Shown in pieces: positions 37,181-50,199 of a stretch of DNA of 64,000 nt. The stretch is from Blasia pusilla (taxonomy: Eukaryota). The notes beneath the pieces are model-generated. The model searched no databases. It was given only the letters and a program-made list of their open reading frames with translations, and was not told where the DNA came from. Both the position numbers and the translations under genes were made by a program. The stretch is from positions 4,154,001 through 4,218,000 of the forward strand of contig CM114271.1 in the NCBI GenBank assembly GCA_050084515.1, written 5' to 3'. The number at the start of each line of letters is the position of its first letter. Within the stretch, counting starts at the first letter, position 1.

Positions 37181-40100
37181 GAAATCCCCAAGTTCCTCAT
37201 AAGATTTTCATCCAAATTTTTGTGACGTCCATCATGTATTCTTTGTCCCTATCTCATATTCTTATTGTGGGTAGCTTCTTGCAATACTTCTATTATGGAA
37301 ATATATAGCCAAAATTTTGTTCCTAATAATTTTAACATAAATCATAATATCTTGGCTTCATGACAAGCTATCTTGCCTATTTATTTTGAAATGTATGCCT
37401 TTTCTCCTCAATCGCATACGTCCCAAAAGAAAATTTGAGGAAGTTGAATTGGGCTTTAAGTTTTCTCCAAGGAGATGCAAGTATCATGTAATATAGTCTA
37501 TGATGAGAAGGGAGATCTCTTATTCCCACAACATTTGAGATTTTCCAAAACTCTTCTTCCACTTGCTTCAATTAATTGATTATAATAGAACTTAATTGAC
37601 TTCAAGTGAAGGTTAAGTGCCAACCAAAATTTTAGTTTGAATTTTCCAAAAAACTATCTTTTTCACAAAAAAAGTCGCCAGTGTTAGTAACTTCGGCTCT
37701 TAACAACCACCAAGCTTAGGGAGTTAAGTACACAAGGCTACATTTTCAAGATTTCATAATGCGAGCATGAATATTGGATTCCATGGATCCCATCCCATTC
37801 TTTGTATGAATGCCAATGATACCTAATACAAAAACCTAAAAGTAAAATTAGATTCAAACGCTTCCATACATGCAAATATTAATACATATAGTGGATTTTC
37901 ATAGACTCATAGAAGGGAAGGATGATTGTTTTATTGCACCTAGACAAAAGAGGGGTTAAAGGGGAGTGTGATACGAAATATCAATGAGACCATACACACT
38001 TACAAAATGAGTGCAAAAGTGGAAAGAGAATATACTTAACACAAAATTCAATATTTCATAATTAGAGGTACTAAAAGTGCATAATTTTTTGAGAGGGAAA
38101 TAGAGGAAGACAATGATTTGAATTAATTTTATTATCCATGCCGTCACTAAAAGTAACCACTTTGGACTATTTTTAACCAATCTTATTGTTGCATGTGTCC
38201 TTAAATCATTGGAGGTCAATTGGGGAATCATTTAAATTACAAAGGCAACCACCTCTTCCATTGCATTCCTTTCATGTTGATATATTGGTCATGATGGGTA
38301 ATTTAAATTACCCATCATGACTTATACATCATCATTGGCCTCTACATCGATGTGTTCAAGTATAAGAAATTTGACACGTAGAAGATTGAACGTCCGATGT
38401 TCAAGACCAAAACATCGGTCTTGTATTCATGGGATTGGAAGGTTGGAAGAAGAGCCTCGGATTTCCAGCCACTATGCATAGGCGGATGCGTATGGAAGAA
38501 CAATGTTACAGATTATATGATGTTGCGTGAGATCTCACGTGAGATTTGATCATTGCCGGTTGTACTACCATACTCCAAGGACATACCGTTTGTACTCTCC
38601 TTACTGAATGCATTTGAACATAGAGCACGTCAATTAGATTTAGAGATACATCAAGAACTATCCAATGTAAGCGCAAGACTATTTCTTGAGCTTGCACTCA
38701 ATCGGAGGTAAAACGTATTTTTAGGCTAGCCGCATCATAGATATACCACATCCTAAATTACATTCATACCTCACGTTGGGACAGAGATAATGGCAGTCGT
38801 GAGACCTTTTCACCTGTGCCATCGTCTGATCCAATCCGAAAGAGCCATTTTGCAGTGTTAATGAAGCTTTCTCAATTCCTACCAAATAACCCGGTGTTAA
38901 TGAAGCTTTCGGGTTACTTGGTAGGGCAGTGTTAATGAAGCTTTCTCAATTCCTACCCTTTTTTTTTATTCTTTTACACCTGGAAAAAAATTGTATTTTT
39001 TTATGATCCAATCATAGTTACATTGCTATAAATTTTTAATTTATTCATTAAATTAATTTATTAATGTGATTCAACTGAATTTATAACTAACCCTGATTTC
39101 AATTATCATTGGCTCAAATGGCAAGAAAATAGAATTGAATTTCAAATAGGTGATGGAAACAGAAATGATAAAAGTTGAACAAAGGAGGATCCTCTAAGGA
39201 AAAAAAAGTTTTGATGTTTCATTTTCAATAGGAAAGGGGAAGAAAGATAAGGAAGAAACTTTCAATAAGGGATGGGAATCATCGTGTGTAAGAGAGGGGG
39301 AAATTTTCCAACAAAAAAGTGCTTACAAATCATTATTTAAGGTGTTTAATCTAGAATAAAGGATGGGGGGAGGTAAAACGACAATTTTTTCAAGGGAGTA
39401 AGAGATAGTTGAAGATGCTAAACAAACCAACCTTCTTATGATCCTTTCTTTTCCTCCATAATATGAAGGGATGGACCTTAGCCTCTTCATTCCGATCTAA
39501 TGGCACAAAGAGTAAAAGGGAGAGACTACATCCCCATCTCTACCCAATTCACATAAATGAAGATACAAGATAGGGGAGGGACGAAGATATGGCATACATC
39601 TTCATCCCTCATAGCGTCTATGGCATAAATAGAGGGTATAGACAAAAACTCTCCACTCCTTTGAAGAGTAAAGACATAGAAGGAGATGGATGGGATGGGG
39701 AAGGGAGGTAGATAGAGAGGACCCTCCATTCTTACAACAGAGGGAGACGTCAATGCTAGAGGTCCTCTTAGTGATAGTCATGTTTCTCTAGGCGTAGCTG
39801 ATATTGTCTATGTTGTTGGTAAGTTTAGCTCGTGGGGGAGGGTGCACCCTTTTTTCTTTCACTCGGGCCATGTGTGGATTTGATGTACTAAGATCATTGA
39901 GTCCCTACTCTTTTGTACTTTGGGTGGATTCTCCCATCATCCTTTTATGCAGGATTTCTTTCCTTCAAAGAGGAATATCTTAATCATATGTATTTGGAAA
40001 CTACTTGCCAGAAGTAATCAACTAGATTTTTTTAAACTCCCAAAAAATACATTTTTATTGAAATTTCACATATCAATCTAAATTATAAAGAATGAATGGT

Positions 40101-41149
40101 TCAAGAGAAAATAATAACACTCAAGAGTCAAGGATTCATCCGTTTGTGTCCCAACAATTCTCTCTCCTTTTAGGGTACAATTTTTTTTAATGGAATTGGA
40201 GTTATGATTAGCATTCAAAAAATATTCAATTGATTGGAGGAGTGGAGAAATAGAAAAGTGGGGGGAAATTCTTTTGGATATGTGACTAGTGGGTTTTCTT
40301 TTTAACATTTTTCATCTCTATCCCTCCACCCTAATGCAATGTTATGGTATTGAATTACTAGTTCCTTAGAACAATTAGTGGAACAGACCAATAACTCAAA
40401 CCTTAACATCAATAAGCTTGACCCAAAATTTTAAAAATTCTACCTGTTTTGCACCAAAAAAATTTCAAGATGTTTGTGTAGAAATTAGAATTTCTTCAGT
40501 TTTACTGCTGGTATTTTCAAAACATTTCCTACTCCATGGGTTAAGAAAGTCCCAAAAAAAAGTCTTCACAGCTAAAAGAGTTTCAAGAAAAGATTCAAAA
40601 GCTTGTGCACTTTGGAGCATCTTATGGTTCATCTGGGAAAGAGTCTCAAACATATACACCGTGGCTTCGTACATTTGAGCACTAGTTTTGAAATTATTAT
40701 ATGGAGGGACTAATAACCAATGACCAATCAATCAAAACACAAACTTTTCATGTTTGTGAAAGACGAAAAATTTATAGCCAGAACATCCTCTGAATACTAA
40801 AAAAGAATTATCAACATTACACCGCAAACTTGTTCATTCCGCTTTAGTATCTGATATAAAAGTCATATACACGCTTAAATGCTTCATTGAGGTTCTGTTT
40901 TAGACGTGCTCTAGGAGTGCCGATTGTTGCTCCTCACACTTGTTCTATTTGATATTGGTTTGCAGATGGTTCACACGTGGTGGAATAAGATCGACGTTCA
41001 TGAAAGACTATTTATTTGCATGGACCCAATTATCAAAGTAACAACTTACGTTTCGGCCAATTTGGAGTTCTCGACATAACAACGTGAAATCTAAAATGGG
41101 AGGAGTTCACATCACCATTATTATCCAATCAACAACCTACTAATAGACT

Positions 41150-43398
41150 AGATTTGGCTATCAGAGGTTTTCAGAAAAGAAAAAAAGAGTCATTAAGGCT
41201 CATTCTTGAGAAGAATATTATGGGTAAGGTTGTAGGATATATCCATGTGGTTGAATTCCAAAAAAGATGTTTACCATATATACACATTTTGATTATTCTA
41301 GGCTATGAGGATAAGCCACATTCTATATCTAATTATGATGATATAATATCAACTAAGACATCTAATGCAAACACTCATCCAAGACTTCATTCTACTATAG
41401 CTAATTTCATGCTTCATGATCCATGTGGATAACTCAATCCCAATGCTTCATGCATGGACAAGAAAACCAAAAAAATGTGCCAAAAGCTATTCGAAGCCAT
41501 TTGCAACCATCATTAAGGAGAGCGAGGATGGTTATCTAATTTATTGAAGGTATGCAATCTATGTCCAATTTCAATCATCTTTTTCCTCCCCTTGATTCGA
41601 AAATATTTTTCATGAAATATTTTGAATTTTTTTCCTCTTTCCTACTAAAAGAATTGGTTAATGGAATGAAGATAAGGAAGCACAGTCAAACTTTGGGTGA
41701 TTGTTGGATTTTTTCTTATCATATCTTCTTATATACTCTCTTTATTGAGTCTTCAAATGTCATATCAATTTGAAGATAAAAAACACAATTTCAATTATGA
41801 AATACTTATATAAATATGTGTAGAAGGGATCACATGTCATCTCATTTAAGGAGTGAGATGATGCAACTATCTCCTTATAAATTAATATTATTAATGAAAC
41901 CTCACACTATCTTGATGCAAATTAAGCATTATTTTATTTTTGGTCATTTTAACATTTCGGGATATTCTAAAACAATATATTCAATACTAATCTATTTTTA
42001 TCCTCATTATTATTATTATGTATTGTGTATCGATATATCTCTTCTTCTGAGGCATGCAGGCGACTTTTCAAGTTAAGCTTACTTACAGAACATCCAAGTA
42101 TTGTAAGATTGGCAAATCATCTATGAGAGTTGCAAATATTTTTCTTCAATGATCACGATATTATAACATAAAATCTACAAAAAGATAGGGAGACAACTCT
42201 CAAAAAAATATTTGCAACTAACTATTTTGATTCTTCAACACGCAAATATTTCTCTATTGAATTTCCTTCATATAATTATTAGAGGAGTAAAAAATGGATT
42301 TGTAGATTCATAAAAGAAACGGTTGTGGTCATTTTATTGGTCAATAGTATCTGTCACATCCAGATATATCTGCTTACAATTTCTACAATATTAAAACCTC
42401 TTTAGGTTCCGTTTCAAAATTATGTGGAATATTTTACGCAATACACATTTACATTTATGTTTGTATAGGTGAAGGAGAATTCCATTGGTTGTGGTTGCTA
42501 CTTTATCATATTTGAGTTGCTACTGCATATGTGTATTTAAGAACCATAGGTGGAGTGCTTTATCCAACCTTCAAGGAGGATACTATTCAAATGTATCTTC
42601 TCAAGGGCGGATAATGGGAAAGTTTACTTATGTCTCCAAGAAGCTTTTGAAATTTACACGGGTCGTACGCTTTGTCAACTCTTTGTCATTTTTCTAGCCT
42701 ATAACACACATTTTCAACGTGATGAACTATAGAGTCAAATTTTTATCTCACATATAGATAATATCCTATATAAACAACGTGAGGTAATTCCTATTCTTAT
42801 TTTCTTTAGCACACATATTTATTCCATCTACTAATCAACTTATTTAATGAATTATAGGATCGATTAAGACAACAAGGATTTTTTATCTTGCCCTCGATGC
42901 TTTCATTATTAATACCATATTATTGGAGGTTCACTATCATTTGCAAGACCAAAGGAAAGAGACTATCAGATTTCCCAAATTTGTCCTAAGCTAATTGCCA
43001 TGCTTCATCTTTCCATTCTTATTTGGAAGCAAAAGAGCTCCTTTATGATCGTGATTCATTATATGAACAAGCTAGGTTAGGAGAGAAGAATTTGAATGAT
43101 AAAAATAGTTTATTTGGAATGCTTTACACAATAGTCATGATATTTGAAATTTCATTAATGAATGTAATATCTTGCCCAAAATATGAATATCTTTAAATAC
43201 TTAATAGCAAAGTTGTATGCTTAATTCAAAGAGCTTGGATTATCATAGGGGTTGAGGCACTTATAATTCATCACCATGCATTTGAGGTTGTAAATAATTC
43301 TTTCTAAGATACCATGAGAGTGGTATCCTAAGACTTTAGAAATATTCCGTTCTGAGGAAAATTAATAATCTATGTTGGAGATTTTTTCCAAGGCTTGC
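41150..43398 (+). mobile_element. Decayed Helitron RepHel (Rep core to PIF1 helicase motif III)
   Basis: HVVEFQKRCLPYIHILI (HUH motif), MLHDPCG*LNPNASCM, KYLYKY, and at the right end EAL..HHHAFEVV...PF*GKLIIYVGDFFQ. Confidence 0.9.
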
Positions 43399-43399
43399 A

Positions 43400-44776
43400 T
43401 TCTCTAATAATCACGATATAGACTCTCAATTCTTTAATAAAAGGGATCACAAATAGTTGTGTCAAGGCAATCACGCCTTCATAACATCTAATCCCAAAAT
43501 TTATGACTATGAAGTCTTCGTAAACTACTTTGCGTTTGTACACTAGAAAAATGATACAATAAGTGTTGAATCCTACTCAAGAATAGCAAGCATAATTCAA
43601 CCTTTCTTAATTCCTAGCTCCCAACCGAGCAAGTCTTCTGAAACTTGGGACAGACTTTGTGGTTAGTCGATACACCTAAAACGGCGCCACACGCATAGTG
43701 GTACATCCCAAATGTCCAATAGACCTTCCATGAGCCCCCAAAGTAGACCCAACTAAATAATTCTCTTGTTGGAATCCAATAGGGACATCCAAAATCCATT
43801 CTATTGGACTTGGTTCGGGTTTCGAATCCCAACGCCAAAACTCCCGATCCATTCCGTAACCTTGGGTCACCCCGCGGCGCCCCAAAGTGGGGCTTGAGTC
43901 CCAAATACTCTTGAAGACCTTCCCCCTTATTAGTACTTCTGGGGATCTTCATGCGCCCTCCCCCTACCTTTGGGGAAGAGACGTTCGGGCCCCTCTTTTT
44001 GGTCCTCAATCCGACTACCCGTGCAATTGTTTATGGCCAATTTCTTAGCCTTTGCTTGATGCGTTGGAACCGAATTTGCATACGCAATCCAACGCCATTT
44101 TATTTATCCCAAACGCATCTTTGAACTAAAATTCATGGTCCAAAATACAATCTAAATCCCAAACTCTAGTCACGTTCCAAATCCGATTCTCATCTCTTTG
44201 GCAACCAACATTTCTAGACTCGACTGCTCTAAAGTCTTGGTTCATGTTTGGTTGAGATTTCCTACTCACAACCATAAATGCATGAAATGCTCAACCTCAT
44301 TCGCGTCTCATCTTTGGTGTCGCTTATGTCACTTCCAAGAGACCACTCCGACGCGTAAACCATCATATTGTGAGTCCGCTAGAGTTCAGATGTTCTCATT
44401 GGTTCTCATTTGATTATGAGAGTTACGACACGTTTGGACACAAGAAAAGTTCTTTTTATCTCTTCCTAAATATCCTCATAAAACCACTCCATATCCTCAT
44501 TCCTACCCCAACTACCCTAGTATTCATTTTTCACCAATCATGGCTCCTTTAGTTTTATTATCATCACTACACCAAATCCACTACTTTACTTTCATGTTTT
44601 CCCATGCCTCGTTTATGATCTCTATTCCTAAAGTTGGGCCCACATAAATGAGGTTCCGCTAAGAGATTTAAATATGAAAACGTATTGTCCTAAGCTAATC
44701 ATTCAAAAATCATATAAAATCTTTTAACACTAATAAGAGTGGAATATATATGTCACATCATTTTACTACAAGATAG
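43400..44776 (-). mobile_element. Diverged relative of LTR family A; its central block recurs at ~45700-45925
   Basis: Shares TAAACTA.TTT.CGTTTGTACAC, CTAAAGTTGGGCCC.CATAAA and the terminal TTTTACTA..GA.A with family A. 43610-43830 is similar to 45705-45915. Confidence 0.6.
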
Positions 44777-46700
44777 CATATGAGCATAATCTCTCTCTCT
44801 CTCCCATGTGGCATGTTGATCTCTCGTGCGCACATGGCCATGCTCTCTCTTATGCATGAAACAAATTAGGGAATTTTCTTTATGGGAGACATGTCTATTG
44901 CACATAATCCTCGACCTTGGAAACTCTTGCCTTTACTTTGCATACTCTCGTCCTCCTTCATGATCTTTCAACCATTCTCCTTGTCAACGCTTGTGCTTTT
45001 GTGCTTGAGAGCCCTCGAGCTACTCTCTTTTTTGGCCGCTTGTAGATTATTCTTAAGGGTCACTTGAGTCTCTTTGATTTGAGAGAGAGATCTAAGAGGG
45101 GAATATGGTAGGATGACTTTGAATGAGAGATGGTTCAGGTTGGTGTGCAAATCTGATCTTGGTCACGAGGATGCAATTTCTAGGTTTGTTTCTATATATA
45201 TATCTACTAGGTTTGAAGAGAAAGTTCCCTTTTTGTCATAAAATATCCACTCAATTGTCACCCAAAGCAAGAGAGTCAATCTAAAATCGCAATGGCAAAG
45301 AGATATAGGGTGGGATTAGGGGTAGTGCTAGACCAAACAAACAAGCTCTTAGAGCACATAGAAAACATAGATCACGGCGAGATCTCAATGAGAGTTCCAC
45401 ATACTTGGATCCATATTCTCAATAATTGGTTGCTTAGACTTCAAGTGGTTTCTACACCTTAAGTCCAACTATCACTAGGCCACATGCATGCATGTGGTGA
45501 CATTCAAACTTTTTTCACCCTTGGTGTTGTGCGCCTACTCCTCTTGAACGTCAATACCTAGTGTTGCGAAAACGTATGTTCAATAGGACACGATCTCATT
45601 GTTGATTAGTACCCAAACACATTAACGTTAGTCTAGTCTGGGTCAATCAGCCTTCCAACTCCCCCAAGTTCTCAACTCGAGCAATTCATCAGGCTCAACC
45701 CTCCTAGTTTCTTGCTTCCCAACACGGGCAAGTCTTTTGAGACTTGGGACAAACTTTATGGTTAGTCTAGGCACCTAAAATGGTGTTTGCACGCCTACTA
45801 GTCCCAAATGTCTAATGAACCTCATATGAGCCCCTAACCGAGACCCACGTAAATAAGTTGTGGGTCGGAATCCAAGAGTGACCTCAAAATTTGCTCTATT
45901 GGACTTGGTTTAGGTTTAGGTTTAGGATTTACCGAATGGATTTATGTCAACAATAGATAAGTGACATTGTGCTTGTTGGACTTGTTCAAAGATAGAGTTG
46001 CTAAGCGAAGAGTAGAGCCAAAAGCAAAGTTGGAGTGAAAGTTGGTAGTTGAAATTGCGTTGCAAGGTAGGAGCAGGCTAATGAGCGCTAGTTGTAGAGC
46101 CAATTATAGAATTTTTTTCAAAAAATATGCAATGCATTGCAAAGAAAGCTAAGTTTGCAAGATTAGAAGTTTGCAGTGAGCATTATCTGGTAGTATATTA
46201 GTTGTTAGCTCAAATAGCATGATCACACACAATAGTATAACTACAGTATAAGCTTATCAATTTACAAAAGATGAAAGACATGGAACTTTAGTAAAGTTGA
46301 GATTCATATTATTCACTGTTGAGTAAAGTTTGGGAAAAGTGAGATAAGAGTGAATGAACTCCTTCACTAATTGTATGTTGCATCTAATCAAATGTCGCAC
46401 CAAAAATAAGATTTAAATATCAAAACTTTAAATATTATTGAAGGAAGACGCTTGAAACCCTAAACCACAGATTGTTCTCTTGCTCAATGATTTTAATGGA
46501 ATGGATTCTAAGAGTCAAGAGAATGACCCTCAAGGTGGGTCGCTTAAATTTTTCTTTAAAGTATCATCACCTTAAGCGATAGCATAACATTCATTACTTC
46601 GGCCACTACTTTGATAGGAGTGGCAGCACCTCGGTTCAACAAAAAGGAGAAAAAATTCGACCTATTTCATTTAAATATAATTGTTTTTAAGAACGACATA

Positions 46701-48240
46701 TGTCAAAAAGTTGTTGGCCAAAAAGGACAGGTGTTACCGGTTAGGGTGTTTGAAACCCAAAAGGGCACTATGCTATAATAGTTATTATTATAGCATGGTG
46801 CCAAGCTAGAGCAAGAGTTGTTGAAGAAACTACACACATATAAACAAAACAAAGAGAGAGGTAGCTTGCATAAACAAGAAGAGTGAGAGGATGCACAAAG
46901 AGAATAAGAGACGCTCATTCTTCTCCTTGTATATAGAGGTTGGGAGAAGCAATGCTTGCCATAGAATCCACACAAAAGGTTTATAACCTTACCCTATATG
47001 AGTACACAAGTTACATGAACCAACTCATATCACTTTTTAAGCTATCACGCTAAATATCAATATACTAACCTATATGAAGCATCTTAAGCTTGGGCTTGTA
47101 TTAATTTTCCCCCTCAAGATCATCCCTACATATCCTTTACATATAAATGGAATTTTAAATAATCAAAATTATCTCTAGATAGTATCTAGGTGAAGATATA
47201 ATCCAATTGTTCATTTGTATTAACATATGTAAGCTTTACTTTATCTACAAAGATTTTCTCTCTAATGAAATAATTGTGAGAAAACAAAAAGTGACGAAAT
47301 CACTGAAATCTTTACAAAACTTGGAGATAACTCGACATAGTGGCATAGTCCGTCCGTGTGCTCACTGAAGAGCTTCGATGGAACCTAAACATGGAGATAA
47401 CTTGACATACGAGAATTCGCTACTGCTGCGGCTCTTAACTTTTTAACTACTCAGGAAACTAGGGGTTTTTACCTATTTTTTGTATTTCTATTAATAGAGT
47501 TTTTTCATCATGGTGCCCCACGCACCGTGATGCAATATAGGGTTCGATAATCCTAGTAACGCTACTCCATAAACCATCTACATCATATTACTATGACTCC
47601 TCCGATGTCTAAGTTGGCACCATCAATCTAGGCTTCTCCTCATACAAGGGGGCCGATCAGATTAATTGTGCTTAGAGAAGTGGATGTTGAGAATCCAACA
47701 ATAATAAAGCATCTTAATGTGCTTTGCCCTAACTTGAAACATTCTTTTTTTTTCCAAATGAATATTGTTGATATTCTCTCATAAATGAATATTAGATTTG
47801 AATATTCTAAGCCTATATATATGAGTAGATTTTTCAACCAAATTGATTTTTGTAATGCCATGGTTACTCTTTGGTATTAATCTTTAAATGAAGATAAGGC
47901 ACAAATCAACTATTTCTTCAAAAACTAGCCTACTACCACACTTCCAAATTTGAATCTGGAAGTTGATCTTCTGTCATGGGTGTTCCAACCCAATATTCAT
48001 AAGAATACATGTATACTTACAAGGCTTTAATTATGAGTAGTGAAGTCTAAACAGATTTTTGAATTTCACATACCTTATGACCCGCCTAATTACATATATC
48101 GAGATGTAGTTTATGCACTGGTTGCATAAATTGACTTACCAAACCAATTGCATAATTAAGATCTGGCTTATGATAGTCTAGTAGATCAAACTCCCAACCA
48201 TAGCATAAGAAGTGTTGGGATTGCTTATCTCATTGTCTTC
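46701..48240 (-). mobile_element. 3' part of a Ty1/copia element (RT C-terminus, RNase H, PPT, probable 3' LTR ~47105..46701)
   Basis: MVGSLIY....PDLNYAIGLVSQFMQP; KHIK...FIREK...YVNTNEQLDYIFT; PPT CTTGAGGGGGAA at ~47117..47106. Confidence 0.85.
47275..47700 (-). mobile_element. Solo LTR (family B) with 5-bp TSD ATAAT, nested in the copia RNase H
   Basis: TGTGAG...CCAACA termini. ATAAT at 47270-47274 and 47701-47705. Inverted homolog of 32914-33356. Confidence 0.93.
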
Positions 48241-48245
48241 ATCTA

Positions 48246-49060
48246 TTAGTAATGTGCCCGTGCAATGTATTGGTATGAAGATACCAATAAGAGAAAGTTT
48301 ATTTTATTGAAAGGCTTCCTTAAATCATATTACGTGTGAAGTGTCCTTTTTAATTTGAATGGGCATCACTTCCTCTTGTGATGTTAATTGCATTTCTTTA
48401 TCCTACTTTTGAAAATGCTATACATAATTGACCATGAGAAAATATTGACGTAGGTAGATAAATTCCTACATTTTTAAAATTTGGAACTTGAGACTTATTG
48501 ATAGTCATGGCAAAAGCATAACAAATAGGAAATTGAAATTTACGTAAATCGAAAGGTAAACCTGAGTGTGATGCAATCAATGGTATACGTGGGATAAAGA
48601 CTCAATCTTCACTATTCCTCCCAGTGATGATATCAACATGAATGACATATTCTATGAATCCACGAATAAGCAATCGCGTTCCATTGACTTGTCCCTTTGA
48701 ATCGTTCAAGTTTCGCAAGATCATGGTAGGTGCACCAATTTTCGAACATAAATAATATGGTGGTAAACTAGATGGTAAGCACATATTTAAAAAATCTATG
48801 GGATAAACATAACTCATTCCCTGATGCGGAATGGAATGAACACTAAGGTAAGTATGTAGAATAAAGATATATTGGAAGATGATTTAAACTTGAATTCACA
48901 ATATATGAAAGAATCCATGAAGAAAATTAGATTTAAAGTATTGGAAAACCAATATAACCTCTCCATAGCATAGAGATATGACTTATATATTGATATCATC
49001 AACATCTCAAATTTTGGTGTAAGAATTGTTATATCTCTCAAAAAGTTGATGTTATGAAAC
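48246..49060 (-). mobile_element. Helitron 3' fragment (PIF1 helicase C-terminus and 3' end)
   Basis: KIGAPTMILRNLNDSKGQVNGTRL; RKFQFPICYAFAMTINKSQ...VGIYLPTSIFSHGQLCIAFSKV; degenerate hairpin followed by CTAA|T at 48249..48245. Confidence 0.9.
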
Positions 49061-50199
49061 TCAACTCTCTTGCAAACAAGTCCCATCTATTGCTAATGCA
49101 GTTTGATCAGTCTATTCCCCTTCCTCTCGTGATGGAGAGCCCATAGTTGTTTGCAAGAGAGAGACTCAAAGAACGTTGTTGCCTTGCTACGCACGAGACA
49201 AAGGAGGATGTCAGACAAGTGACAAAGAGTGAGGACGAGCGAAAGGGTGAGGATGGGGAGAGGAAGGGGAATGGATGATCAAGCTACATTAGCAATAGAT
49301 GGGATATTTATGATACGGGATCAACCGCCAAAATTGATCATATCTAGATCTTTTGATGTGCAAAAGTTTGGAGACATCTGGTTCTTATTAGGTTAGGAAT
49401 GGTGTTACATTAGGTTAGGGTACAATACTCGATCGGCCTTAGATTAGGGATAAGACGGGGTATTAAAATTAATATAAAATAATTAATCTTTTAAAACACA
49501 AAATTTCAAATTAGTTTTAATCCTTCTTCTTCATTTTTACACAAAGTGTAGTATTTTATTCTTCTTCTTTGCAATATTTTCCTTTCTATTCTTTATTCAA
49601 GTTTATATTTATTTTATAAAAATTAATCTTCTACTTACTCTTCTCATTGTTGTGTGTTCTCCAGATGCCGATTCTCAAGCATATAATAGTGGACATGGAG
49701 AGACTTCCACTTATTCCAATCACAAAGAGACCAATTCCATCATAGAGTACAAGAGAGAAACATGAAGTTCTTAAGCACCTATCTCACTTATGTAAATACA
49801 CTTATTTATCATCATATTTTTTTTGGGTTTTTGTGATGAGCAAGTAAGATTCAATTATTATAAAATGTCTTGTATGATAGTTTCCATTGTGATTTTAATT
49901 TTCCATTTTTCCAAAAAAAATAGTGCAAACTTCCTTTTCCATCAAATCCTACGGATCTATATGATTTTCCAAAATTAGCGCGTGTAGAGGCTTAAAAAAT
50001 AAGTCATGCCCATCGTGCAAATAAAATAACACATCATACGGAAGTAAAACCTATTTCTACCATTGAAACGTCTCCAATATGAATTCATTCCATTCATAAT
50101 CATTCCCAAGGTCAATCTATTTCTGCCTCGTATTTATATGGATGCACTGATTTAACATTCTCATGTTGTTGCAAACTTTTGATTCTATTGAGTTCTATC

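Noticed and set aside
38335-38712. Plus-strand frame with two internal stops, possibly the continuation of the GCM-like gene
   Set aside because: No recognisable motif, so the link to 36600-37180 cannot be shown.
45907-45926. (GGTTTA)3 telomere-like run
   Set aside because: Too short and inside a repeat fragment.
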